Below are positions 17,797 through 26,738 of a DNA stretch of 64,000 bases, piece by piece. The notes below the pieces were generated by a model. It was not told the DNA's origin. It made no database searches and saw nothing but the letters and a program-made list of their open reading frames with translations. Location of the stretch: positions 135,195-199,194 of the forward strand of contig JAOAHD010000003.1 of the NCBI GenBank assembly GCA_026415395.1, given 5' to 3'. The translations under genes and the position numbers were made by a program. Position 1 is the stretch's first letter. Every line of letters begins with the position of its first letter. This DNA is from Candidatus Binatia bacterium. GTDB lineage: Bacteria; Desulfobacterota; Binatia; HRBIN30.

Positions 17797-19029
17797 TTAG
17801 CGGACAAGCTGATTCATCTCGAAGATGGGCAGTAAAATGGCGAGCACGATGAAGAGGACCACCGCCCCGCCAAATAGGATCATCAAAGGCTCTAAGATGC
17901 TCGTGATTGCGGCGACGGCCGTGGACACTTCGCTGTCGTAGGCGTCGGCCGCTTTGGTAAGCATGGTTTCGAGCTGCCCGCTTTTCTCGCCCACGGCGAT
18001 CATGTGGACAAGCATCGGAGGGAACAATCCGCTCTTTTTGAGCGGCGGCGCAATGCTTTGGCCTTCGCGGATGCTGTTTCGTGCCTCTTCGATGGCCTGC
18101 GACAGCACGGCGTTACTAACAACGTGTTTCACAATTTCTAGCGCCACCAGCAGGTTGATGCCGCTGTTGAGCAATGTTGCCAAGGTGCGGGCGAAGCGTG
18201 CTAACGCAACCTTACGGATTAGGTTGCCGAAGTATGGGATCTTTAAAACGGTGCGGTCGAACCGCAGCCTGCCGGTCGGAGTACGTCGGCTCATTTGAAT
18301 GGCAATCACTGATGCACCGAGAGCTGTGACAAAGAGCCACCAATAATCTTGAGCTAGCCCGCTCACCGTCAGCAAAATTCTAGTCATGAGTGGGAGCGTG
18401 GCTTGGTTTTCCGCGAAGATCTTCGTGATTTTCGGGACCACGTAAGAAAGCAAGAAGAGGAGGATTGCTGTGCCTGTCAGCGCCATGAGCGTAGGATAGG
18501 TCAGCGCCGAGCGGACTTTATTCCGCAGCTGCGCATAGTTCTCCGTGTAGTCCGCTAACCGGAGGAGTACGACATCGAGCGCACCGCTCGCTTCCCCCGC
18601 CCGTACCATATTGACATAAAGGTCGTTGAACACACGCGGGTGGGCTTTCATTGCGTCAGCCAGAGCTCCACCTTCGGTGACCAGCTCCCGCACCTGGGAG
18701 AGAACGCGCTTCGTGCGCGCACTTTCCGTTTGTTCGATGAGAGCTGAAAGGGCTTCGACCAACGGGATCTTGGCCCCGACAAGGGTGGCGAGTTGGCGCG
18801 TCAACAGGGCGAGCTCTTCAGGGGTGATCCGCTCGAAGTATCGTCCGATTTGCCATCCCCCTAGGGATTGTTCCGCCTTGCTTGTTCGTCGTTCCTGCTC
18901 GACGAGCTCGGTGGGGAAAACGCCTTCGCGCCGAAGTTTTTGCCGAGCTCCCTTGGGATTTTCAGCGTCAATGATGCCGCTGATTGCTCTCCCAGCAGCG
19001 TTAAATCCTCTATAGGCGTATACCGGCAT
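17797..19029 (-). CDS. gspF: Type II secretion inner-membrane platform protein GspF
   Basis: 410 aa. Two GspF-type cytoplasmic domains and three transmembrane segments. N-terminus MPVYAYRGFNAAGRAISGIIDAEN. Confidence 0.9.
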   Translation of the reverse strand: MPVYAYRGFNAAGRAISGIIDAENPKGARQKLRREGVFPTELVEQERRTSKAEQSLGGWQIGRYFERITPEELALLTRQLATLVGAKIPLVEALSALIEQTESARTKRVLSQVRELVTEGGALADAMKAHPRVFNDLYVNMVRAGEASGALDVVLLRLADYTENYAQLRNKVRSALTYPTLMALTGTAILLFLLSYVVPKITKIFAENQATLPLMTRILLTVSGLAQDYWWLFVTALGASVIAIQMSRRTPTGRLRFDRTVLKIPYFGNLIRKVALARFARTLATLLNSGINLLVALEIVKHVVSNAVLSQAIEEARNSIREGQSIAPPLKKSGLFPPMLVHMIAVGEKSGQLETMLTKAADAYDSEVSTAVAAITSILEPLMILFGGAVVLFIVLAILLPIFEMNQLVR

Positions 19030-19084
19030 AACCGTTACGATTAGTTCGTCCCCAGGTAGCCGAAGCTGCGGATGCCGATCTGCC

Positions 19085-20794
19085 TCACACGATATCGTCC
19101 TGTGTGACGCGTAAGACTTCCTCTATCGTGGTGATCCCAGCAAGCACTTTCTCGGCCCCGTCCTCTCGCAGCGTGTTCATACCGTGGGCTGTGGCTGTGC
19201 GGCGGATTGAAGCTGCGTCTGCATTTTTCATCACGAGGGAACGAATCTCGTCATCGACAACCAAAAGTTCATGGATCCCTGTCCTGCCGCGGTACCCTTT
19301 GCCCTTGCATTGGGCACAGCCTGGCCCCTGCTTGTAGATTTCCCGCCCGCCGAGCTGTTGGGGAGTGATGCCGACCTCCTCAATTTCCTCTCTTGTGGGA
19401 CGGTAAGCAACTCGACACTCCGTGCAAACCCTCCGGACCAGGCGTTGCGCCATCACGGCGATCACTGAACTAGAGACCAAGAAGGGTTCGATACCCATGT
19501 CGAGCAAGCGGGTCATGGCACCGAACGAGTCGTTGGTGTGTAAAGTGGAAAACACGAGGTGGCCGGTAAGCGCCGCCTGAATTGCAATCTCAGCCGTCTC
19601 CGTGTCGCGAATCTCGCCGACCATGATCACGTCGGGATCCTGACGCAGGATTGAGCGAAGCCCGTTCGCGAAGGTCAAATCGATCTTCGGGTTCACCTGG
19701 ATTTGCCCGATGCCGTGCAACTGGTACTCAATCGGATCTTCAATCGTGATGATGTTTTTATCGGTTGTGTTGATCTTAGCGAGGCAGGCGTACAACGTGG
19801 TTGTTTTACCGCTACCGGTGGGGCCCGTAACCAGGATGATCCCGTGGCTCTGGCGAATCAATCGGTTGACCGTTTCGAGCTTGTTTCCGGTCAGCCCGAG
19901 CTCCTCTAACTGGAGCAAGGTGCTGGCCCGATCGAGTAAACGCATGACGACACGCTCCCCGTGGGCGGTCGGCACGATGGAGACGCGGATGTCGATATCC
20001 TTTCCTGCCAGCCGAATGCGAATTCTCCCGTCCTGCGGGAGCCGTTTTTCCGCAATGTTCAGCCCGGCCATCACCTTGATTCGGGAAATAATAATCGGCT
20101 GGAAACGTTTTGGCGGCGAAAGGATGTCGTACAGTACGCCGTCGATCCGGAATCTGACCAAAAGGTCGCGCTCATACGGCTCAATATGGATATCGCTCGC
20201 TCGATCCTTCGAGGCTTGAAAAATTAATTGGTTCACCAGGCGGATGATCGGCGCTTCCTCGTCCGCGTCCAATAGATCCCTTGGTTCCTCAAGGTCAGCG
20301 AGTTCAAGGTCGAGCCGCTCTGTGTCCAGATCGTCCATGAGTTCGGAGGCCGACCCGGCAGTGATTTGGTCGTAGGCGCGGTTAATCGCGTCTAACACAA
20401 GTGGGGCGGGAGCGACAAACACCTTGATCGGGTGGCGTAGAAGCACGCGGAGGTCATCCAGTGCGCCAATCTGGCTTGGATCCGCAGAGGCGACCACCAC
20501 CGCGTTGCCTTCTCTGGCAACGGGTAGCAGGAGGTAGCGCTTGGCGAAGTTGATGGGCACTTGTTGCACAAGATCGAGCACGTCCTCTTCCGGCAGACGA
20601 TCGCGAAACGGCAGGCCGTAGTGGTGGGCCACAGCACGAGCCCAGGTTGCACTGTCAATTGCCCCCATCTCCTGGAGAACGTCGCCCAGACCTTTGCCCT
20701 CCCGCTGGCGTTCGCGTGCCTTCTCTAAAACCTCCTCGCTGAGGTTACCGTACTGCACGAGCAATGCTTCGAGGGAACGAGCCGCGACCGCCAT
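19085..20794 (-). CDS. gspE: Type II secretion ATPase GspE
   Basis: Walker A GPTGSGKTTTLYA. Asp box, His box and the tetracysteine motif CTECRVAY...CAQCKGKGYRGR. N-terminal N1E/N2E domains. The ATG is 4 nt after the gspD stop. Confidence 0.92.
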   Translation of the reverse strand: MAVAARSLEALLVQYGNLSEEVLEKARERQREGKGLGDVLQEMGAIDSATWARAVAHHYGLPFRDRLPEEDVLDLVQQVPINFAKRYLLLPVAREGNAVVVASADPSQIGALDDLRVLLRHPIKVFVAPAPLVLDAINRAYDQITAGSASELMDDLDTERLDLELADLEEPRDLLDADEEAPIIRLVNQLIFQASKDRASDIHIEPYERDLLVRFRIDGVLYDILSPPKRFQPIIISRIKVMAGLNIAEKRLPQDGRIRIRLAGKDIDIRVSIVPTAHGERVVMRLLDRASTLLQLEELGLTGNKLETVNRLIRQSHGIILVTGPTGSGKTTTLYACLAKINTTDKNIITIEDPIEYQLHGIGQIQVNPKIDLTFANGLRSILRQDPDVIMVGEIRDTETAEIAIQAALTGHLVFSTLHTNDSFGAMTRLLDMGIEPFLVSSSVIAVMAQRLVRRVCTECRVAYRPTREEIEEVGITPQQLGGREIYKQGPGCAQCKGKGYRGRTGIHELLVVDDEIRSLVMKNADAASIRRTATAHGMNTLREDGAEKVLAGITTIEEVLRVTQDDIV

Positions 20795-20798
20795 GGAA

Positions 20799-23678
20799 CT
20801 AGCTGAGTTTCCAGTTTGCTTCGTTCACCACGGGGATTTCAACCGCCTCCCTCCAGTGGAGGAAGGTGGGAGGATTCGTGCTGACCCGCATGCCCTCCGG
20901 ATAGGAGGCAAATGCTTCGGCTGGACTGTCGAACACCTCCAGGCAGAGATACCGAGCACGGTAACCACCCGACTCGAACCGGTAAATCGCCCCCTTTTGA
21001 AACATGAGTGCAAGTGGCGCATCGCTCGGAACAGCCAGCGCTAAGAGCCCGTTGCTAGTTTCGAGACTCGGGAGTGGGCGACCCGAATCTTCCAACAACG
21101 CTAGCAAGATGTAGCGATTTGTGGAGCTTTTGGGCCGGCTTCCCACGTCCGCACCCTGCGCATCCTGCTCATGATTTCTGGACTCGACATCTGGGTCGGA
21201 CTGCCGCCTCTGCTCTGGGTTGCCATTGTGATTGGCTCCGGGTTTGTAGACCTCGATGCGAGAGCGGGTTCCGCGCTCCGACGGCTCGCGGTCTTCCGGG
21301 GCGGGTTCGATGGACGGCCTCACCTCCCATGATGGCGCATATAGCTGCTCCCACCGCGGCGGACGCTGGCCCATTTCCTCGTAAGGTTTGCGAAGGACAC
21401 GATCGCGTTCGGATACAGCAACGTTCCGCTGGTCTCGTTCGTTGCGAATGATGTGGGGCGTCAAGAAAATCAGCAAATTCGTCTTCCGGTTGCGGGTCGA
21501 GTCGAATCGAAAGGCATTTCCAATGACCGGAATGTCCCCCAAGAAAGGCACCTTGCTCACATTCTTCCCACGAGCTTCGAACATGATACCGCCAATGACA
21601 ACGGTTTGCCCGTCACGAGTAACGACACTTGTCGTAGCCGACCGGATTGTGGTTGTCGGACCAAGCTGAGGATCGTTGGAGATCACATCGGAGACCTCTT
21701 GGAAAATATCCAACCGAACTTGCCCACCTTCGGAGATTTGCGGGGTCAATCGCAGGGTGATTCCGACATCTCGCCGCTCGATTGTCGCAAAGGTGTTACT
21801 CAAGTTCACGTCGCTCGTTGCTCGGCTGGCAATGAACGGAACGTTCTGACCAGAAACGATCTCAGCAGGTTGATTGTCGGTCGTCAGAACCGTGGGGGCT
21901 GACAAGATGTTGGCATCGGAGCGGCTCTCAAGCGCGCGCAAGAGAGCTTGTTGCGCCGGAATCGTAACACCGTTGACCGTGACCGTTTGCGAGCTCGCGG
22001 CGGCAAGCACGAGGCCCGATAAGTTGGTCGGATTGAGTAGCTGGTTGATGTTCCCGCTGAGGTTTGTGCGGCCAAAACCCACTCCATTGGGAATCTCGGT
22101 GGCTCCTTGGAGTTCGATCCCGAGTTCCCGACTCAAGTCCAAAGAGACCTCGGCAATGATTGCCTCTACGTAGACCTGTCGCCGGCGGACGTCCAATTTC
22201 TCGATCACCTCACGGAGTGTTTCAAAATCCTGCGGCGAGGCGTTGATGATGAGTGCATTCGTTGCGGGGTCAGCACTAATGCGCACCTGCCCTTCGAATT
22301 CGCTTTGCTGGCCAGGTTGTCCGCCGGCAACGCCCGGCGTGGTGCCGGCTAAGCCCGGGCGCCGTCCGGCCAAAGAGCCGGCCGCACCAAAACCTGTTTG
22401 CCCAAGGCCCAAGCCAATCCCCGGAGCGAGTCCCCCGAAGCCAAAGCCTCCGAAGCCAGGGGTGAATCCGCCGAAACCGGGGGTCCCAAACCCGCCTAGA
22501 CCAAACCCCCCGCCGAAACGCCCGATGCCGCTAGTGAGGCCGCCCCGCACACCCCCGAATCCAAAGCCGCCTCGCAAGCCTCCGATGCCCCCGAATCCGA
22601 ACGGGCTAAAACCACCAAAGCCGGCGCCAGCGCCGACGAGCGAAGAAAGTACTGGAATGAGTTCAAAAGCGTTTGCGTATTTGAGGTAGTAAACGTGAAT
22701 CCTGCCTGTCCCCAGAGGAAGAGGCACATCCAGTCGCGCGATCAGATCTTTGATCCGCCGGGCCTCGGCTGGGCCAGCAACCAGAATCAACGAGTTAGTT
22801 CGCTCGTCCGGAATAATTTTGAAGGCACGCTCGGGGGTGACGCCACCACTAATGGCTTGACCGCCAGCTGCCGGCGTACCCGGGCGCGGTGCGGTTCCCC
22901 GACGTACTCGCGCGTCGGGTGCCGCCCCTGGTTGCGTTGCAGGAGCTCCCGTGGTTTGCGCTGAGGGTTCTTCCAAAAGCTGTTGCAGCAAAGCGGCAAT
23001 GTCACCGGCGAACGCGTAATTCAGCCGCACAACTTCAATCTCTTGCTGCTGCCCCTCCACGTCTAATTGAGAGAGAATCTTCGCTAACCGATCCGTTTGT
23101 GCCGCTGTGTCAATGATGATTAGGGTGTTGGTTGGGGTGTAGGCGGTTAGCAATCCGTCGGGTGAGGCTAATGGCTGCAGGATTGCAACCATGTTATTTG
23201 CGTCCACATACTTGAGCCGAATCAGTCGCGTGATGTATTCGTCGCGCGGTTGCGGCCGCGTTTCGGGCAATACGGTATCGATGGTTGAAGTCTTCGCGTC
23301 CTTCGTCGGAAGAATTTTGATGATCGAACCAGCGGGTACCGTGGTGAAGCCTTTGACTTGAAGGACCGACTGGAAGACTAAGTATGCCTCGTCGACCGAA
23401 ATTTTCCCGGGCGAAATGATGGTCACCTTGCCGCGCACCTTCTCGTCGACAATAAAGTTTTTGCCAGTGATGTCACTGATGAACTTCACTAAGACGGCAA
23501 TATCAACGTCTTGGAAGTTCATCGTGATTTTGGCTGGTTCACCATCCTCCACTTGCTCTTGCACAGCGCTGGATTCTTCCTGCTGAGCGGAGGCCATCCC
23601 GATCGGGAGCGGCCATGCCCCGGTGACGGCACCAAAGACTGCAAACATAAAACCCCAACGCCGCATACCACCCCTCAT
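20799..23678 (-). CDS. gspD: Type II secretion outer-membrane secretin GspD, atypically long, with a Gly-rich insertion and a 215-aa C-terminal extension
   Basis: Signal peptide MRGGMRRWGFMFAVFGAVTGA after GAGGGAA-N5-ATG at 23678. N0 domain NFQDVDIAVLVKFISDITGKNFIV. Secretin core VVIGGIMFEARGKNVSKVPFLGDIPVIGNAFRF...NLLIFLTPHII. Gly-rich segment GFGGFSPFGFGGIGGLRGGFGFGG... at nt about 22330-22700. Extension at nt 20802-21446. Confidence 0.9.
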   Translation of the reverse strand: MRGGMRRWGFMFAVFGAVTGAWPLPIGMASAQQEESSAVQEQVEDGEPAKITMNFQDVDIAVLVKFISDITGKNFIVDEKVRGKVTIISPGKISVDEAYLVFQSVLQVKGFTTVPAGSIIKILPTKDAKTSTIDTVLPETRPQPRDEYITRLIRLKYVDANNMVAILQPLASPDGLLTAYTPTNTLIIIDTAAQTDRLAKILSQLDVEGQQQEIEVVRLNYAFAGDIAALLQQLLEEPSAQTTGAPATQPGAAPDARVRRGTAPRPGTPAAGGQAISGGVTPERAFKIIPDERTNSLILVAGPAEARRIKDLIARLDVPLPLGTGRIHVYYLKYANAFELIPVLSSLVGAGAGFGGFSPFGFGGIGGLRGGFGFGGVRGGLTSGIGRFGGGFGLGGFGTPGFGGFTPGFGGFGFGGLAPGIGLGLGQTGFGAAGSLAGRRPGLAGTTPGVAGGQPGQQSEFEGQVRISADPATNALIINASPQDFETLREVIEKLDVRRRQVYVEAIIAEVSLDLSRELGIELQGATEIPNGVGFGRTNLSGNINQLLNPTNLSGLVLAAASSQTVTVNGVTIPAQQALLRALESRSDANILSAPTVLTTDNQPAEIVSGQNVPFIASRATSDVNLSNTFATIERRDVGITLRLTPQISEGGQVRLDIFQEVSDVISNDPQLGPTTTIRSATTSVVTRDGQTVVIGGIMFEARGKNVSKVPFLGDIPVIGNAFRFDSTRNRKTNLLIFLTPHIIRNERDQRNVAVSERDRVLRKPYEEMGQRPPRWEQLYAPSWEVRPSIEPAPEDREPSERGTRSRIEVYKPGANHNGNPEQRRQSDPDVESRNHEQDAQGADVGSRPKSSTNRYILLALLEDSGRPLPSLETSNGLLALAVPSDAPLALMFQKGAIYRFESGGYRARYLCLEVFDSPAEAFASYPEGMRVSTNPPTFLHWREAVEIPVVNEANWKLS

Positions 23679-23688
23679 GTTCCCTCGC

Positions 23689-24612
23689 CTAGCGGATTTT
23701 GTAGATGGTCTCGAACGGTTGCTTATTTCGGATCCCCGCCACCTTGATTTCGCTTGTGTTCCGCAATTCCTGAAACAGGGCCAAGGCTCTCGCTGGGTCA
23801 CTCAAGTCTTGCCCATTAATGCTTTGGATAACATCTCCGTTGCGTAGCCCCAACTGCTCGAAAATACTCCCCTGGCGAATGGCGAACAACCGAAATCCGG
23901 TCGACTTGCCGTTTTCGAAATGCGGCACCGCCCGCATCTGGGTGAGTAGCTGATTCATATTATCGAGTTGACGATCAACTTCTGCGCGGTCGATATGGTA
24001 CTCGTTCTCTGCGACTTGCTGGACATGAGGGTTCGGCGCGACGGCTGACGCGCTCGGATCGGGGACTGTGGACGGAAACGACGCATTCACAATCACCCGC
24101 TGTCCACCCGCTGTTGGCGCTCCAATCGGAAGGCCGCCAGCCCCGGGTTGAGCAAGCTCGAGGATTTCTTCAAATCCACCACGATCGAGAACGACATGGT
24201 CCCAGCGGATCTCCTTCACTGTGGCAGCGCCTGGAACTTGGTCCCCGACGCGATACACTTCTTGTTTCCGACTGGCCAGGTCCTCAATGACGCAGTAGGA
24301 TGGTCCCTTCGTGTGCAGGGAGACGCCCCAAAGTTTCAAATTCAGCTTCGTTGGGGGCGGCGGCGCTTCGACCTTGACCTCTTCAACCGGCTTCGCCGGG
24401 TTGAAAATGTCTCTCGCGCTAATCGCACTGTAGGCCGCTAGCGGCCGCTTTGCAGGTTTTTGGATCGGCGGAGGCGGCGGCTTCAGCCGAACCTCAGGCG
24501 GAACCGCCAGGTGGGCCGCAATTGCCCAGCTCACCGCCGAGGCCGCGAGGTAAGCGACAAGCGTAAGCAGCGCAAAGTTGACCCATATGAGGTGGCGCGG
24601 AGAGAACTTCAT
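23689..24612 (-). CDS. gspC: Type II secretion protein GspC-like (transmembrane helix, Pro-rich linker, C-terminal PDZ domain)
   Basis: C-terminal PDZ-like FRLFAIRQGSIFEQLGLRNGDVIQSINGQDLSDPARALALF. Transmembrane helix VNFALLTLVAYLAASAV. It is first in the operon and overlaps the gspD start by 11 bp. The start is uncertain (24612 or 24696; the ORF track gives 24735). Confidence 0.65.
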   Translation of the reverse strand: MKFSPRHLIWVNFALLTLVAYLAASAVSWAIAAHLAVPPEVRLKPPPPPIQKPAKRPLAAYSAISARDIFNPAKPVEEVKVEAPPPPTKLNLKLWGVSLHTKGPSYCVIEDLASRKQEVYRVGDQVPGAATVKEIRWDHVVLDRGGFEEILELAQPGAGGLPIGAPTAGGQRVIVNASFPSTVPDPSASAVAPNPHVQQVAENEYHIDRAEVDRQLDNMNQLLTQMRAVPHFENGKSTGFRLFAIRQGSIFEQLGLRNGDVIQSINGQDLSDPARALALFQELRNTSEIKVAGIRNKQPFETIYKIR

Positions 24613-24814
24613 CACGGCAACTGCGGTCCACGGGGTGTATAGACGAACGGGCTTTGGCGATTCAAGCAAACGACCTGCCGAGTCGATTGACTGCATGAGG
24701 TTGCACCGATACGTTTGCTTGCGACGACCCACCAACGCGAAACTTCACTCGTGTGAGACTGTTGGTTACCTGGTACAAGTATCGATGATCCTATTTTGAA
24801 GGCTGTCAACGGAG

Positions 24815-25204
24815 GTGTGCAGCAAGATGACCATACCCGATCGAAAGGAGTGTGATTCCGGTCACTTCGAAGTGGTCCGCCTCACGGCTGTTGCAGCAGA
24901 ACAAGCCAGGCAAGCTCTGGCTCGGCGGGGGCTCGAGGATGGTGTGTTGCGGGTTGCCGTTTCGGGAGGCGGATGCTCTGGAATGCAATATTCGTTGACG
25001 GTCGAGGCTGCCCCGAAACCGGGAGACTACCTTCTCGATGACCAAGGTATCCGTGTCGCAGTGGATGAACAGGCTCTTCCGTACATCCGGGGTACGGTGA
25101 TCGATTATGTCTCCGGCCTCCATAGTGCGGGGTTCAAATTTTTGAATCCGAATGCAACCCGGACCTGCGGCTGTGGGTCGTCTTTCTCAGTGGGCGATTC
25201 GTAG
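24815..25204 (+). CDS. erpA: Iron-sulfur cluster insertion/assembly protein of the HesB/IscA/ErpA family
   Basis: C-terminal CGCGSSF motif and an upstream Cys (GGGCSGMQY), matching the three-Cys A-type carrier signature. About 125 aa. Possible starts are a GTG at 24815 or an ATG at 24827. Confidence 0.8.
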   Translation: MCSKMTIPDRKECDSGHFEVVRLTAVAAEQARQALARRGLEDGVLRVAVSGGGCSGMQYSLTVEAAPKPGDYLLDDQGIRVAVDEQALPYIRGTVIDYVSGLHSAGFKFLNPNATRTCGCGSSFSVGDS

Positions 25205-25242
25205 GGGTAAGATCGGAGCGTGTACACTCCGGAAAGGGGCAG

Positions 25243-25908
25243 ATGAGGTATTTACCGATCTTCCTCGATTTACGTGGCGCGAGTGGGGTTGTGGTGGGAG
25301 GCGGTGAGGCCGCTTTTCACAAATGCAAAGTGCTTCTAGAAGCTGGCGCTCGGGTGACTGTGGTGAGTCCTACCCTCGTGCCCGAGTTCGCTCCGTTGCT
25401 GGCTCATGAGTCCTGCAGGCACGTTTCGAGGAATTACCAGAGGGGGGATCTGCACGGGTGTCGCATAGCGGTGGTGGCAACGGACGACCCTACAGTGCAG
25501 GAAGCCGTTGTAACCGAAGCGAACGAGCGTGGGGTCTTGGTGAATGCCGTCGATCGCCCTGACCTCTGCGCATTTGTGATGCCTGCGATTCTGTCGCGCG
25601 GCGACATCGTGATTGCCGTGGGGACGTCGGCAACCTCCCCAGGATTCGCCGCCGCTTTACGGGACCGCATTGGACGCTGGTTAGGGCCCGAGTATGTTGC
25701 CGCTTTGGGTATAGCGCGGGTTTTGCGCGAGCGGTGGCAGTCCGGGAAGATCCCGATGGAAGAGCGACGACGGAGAAGTAGATTGTTGTTGGAAGAGGAT
25801 TTTTTGGCCGCTCTTCGGCGTGGAGATGTAGCTGCCGTACAGAAGAGCATCTCCTCAATTGAGGGAGAAGAGGTCGAGCTTCCTTCGCTGCAAGGGCTGA
25901 GCTCATGA
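25243..25908 (+). CDS. sirC: Precorrin-2 dehydrogenase / sirohydrochlorin ferrochelatase (SirC / CysG N-terminal domain homolog)
   Basis: N-terminal Rossmann signature MRYLPIFLDLRGASGVVVGGGEAAFHKCKVLLEAGARVTVVSP, characteristic of siroheme synthase N-domains. 221 aa. Confidence 0.8.
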   Translation: MRYLPIFLDLRGASGVVVGGGEAAFHKCKVLLEAGARVTVVSPTLVPEFAPLLAHESCRHVSRNYQRGDLHGCRIAVVATDDPTVQEAVVTEANERGVLVNAVDRPDLCAFVMPAILSRGDIVIAVGTSATSPGFAAALRDRIGRWLGPEYVAALGIARVLRERWQSGKIPMEERRRRSRLLLEEDFLAALRRGDVAAVQKSISSIEGEEVELPSLQGLSS

Positions 25909-26738
25909 ATGAGCTGCCTTTAGGCCTGGCGGTTTGCGGCTATCTGCTGGCTACAGCGGCGTTTCTTTTTCATGTGGTGTCGGGATCGCGGCAAGCGAGA
26001 AAACTAGGGCACGGGGTGCTTATTGTGGCCGTCTGCGGGCATTTCCTTGCCCTAGCGATGCGGGTCTTCACCGCCGGTTATCAAGCGCTCGCGCCACTGC
26101 CAGAGCAGCTTTCGCTGATGAGCTTTTTCGCTGTTTGTGTGTACCTCCTGGTCTCCCTGCAGGTTTCCCTCGCAGCGGTGGCCGCAATTGTTGCCCCTTT
26201 GGCTGCGATCGGAACGATTGCTGCCTATTTTTTCGAGGTGGGCCACCAGGCTGTGAAGGCACCCAGCGCGGGGATTTTGTTGCCCATACACATCGGACCG
26301 ACACTTCTCGGCTACGGCGTCTTTGCCCTGTCCTTTTGCCTAAGCGTGGCTTACCTGGCTCAAGAGCGACAACTGAAATCAAAGGCCCGTAGCGGCGTGT
26401 TCCGGCGCTTACCGTCGCTCGAAACGCTCGACCAGTGGAATCATCGGTTCGTCGCTTGGGGCTTTGTGTTCTTCACGATCGGTATTCTCAGTGGAGTTTG
26501 GTTGGCGAGACAAACGTGGGGAGAGCTGTGGTCCTGGGAGCCGCTTCAAACGTGGTCTGGAATCGCGTGGGTTTTCTACGCGGCTTTGTTGCACTTACGC
26601 AGCATTGGCTGGCGGGGCAGACGCGCCGCGCGGCTTGTGGTTTACTCTTTTCTCCTCCTTTTGGCTTCATTCATCGGGGTCAGCATGTTCTTCCCAGGCC
26701 GCCACGGGGTCCAAACATCATGGAGCCTCAACTCCTGA
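25905..26738 (+). CDS. hemX: Cytochrome c assembly protein family (CcsA-like; HemX of hemAXCDBL-type operons)
   Basis: Polytopic membrane protein with the WWD-like motif WGELWSWEPLQTWSGIAW. Overlaps the sirC stop (ATGA) and the hemA start. Confidence 0.7.
   Translation: MNELPLGLAVCGYLLATAAFLFHVVSGSRQARKLGHGVLIVAVCGHFLALAMRVFTAGYQALAPLPEQLSLMSFFAVCVYLLVSLQVSLAAVAAIVAPLAAIGTIAAYFFEVGHQAVKAPSAGILLPIHIGPTLLGYGVFALSFCLSVAYLAQERQLKSKARSGVFRRLPSLETLDQWNHRFVAWGFVFFTIGILSGVWLARQTWGELWSWEPLQTWSGIAWVFYAALLHLRSIGWRGRRAARLVVYSFLLLLASFIGVSMFFPGRHGVQTSWSLNS

Noticed and set aside
22243-22689. 148-aa Pro/Lys-rich ORF (PKPPKPGVNPPKPGVP...)
   Set aside because: It is the antisense translation of the Gly-rich (GGC/GGG codon) segment of gspD. 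It is a mirror artefact.
22330-22700. Possible tandem-repeat element at DNA level
   Set aside because: The repetition is the codon-level consequence of a Gly-rich protein segment of GspD, not a non-coding repeat.
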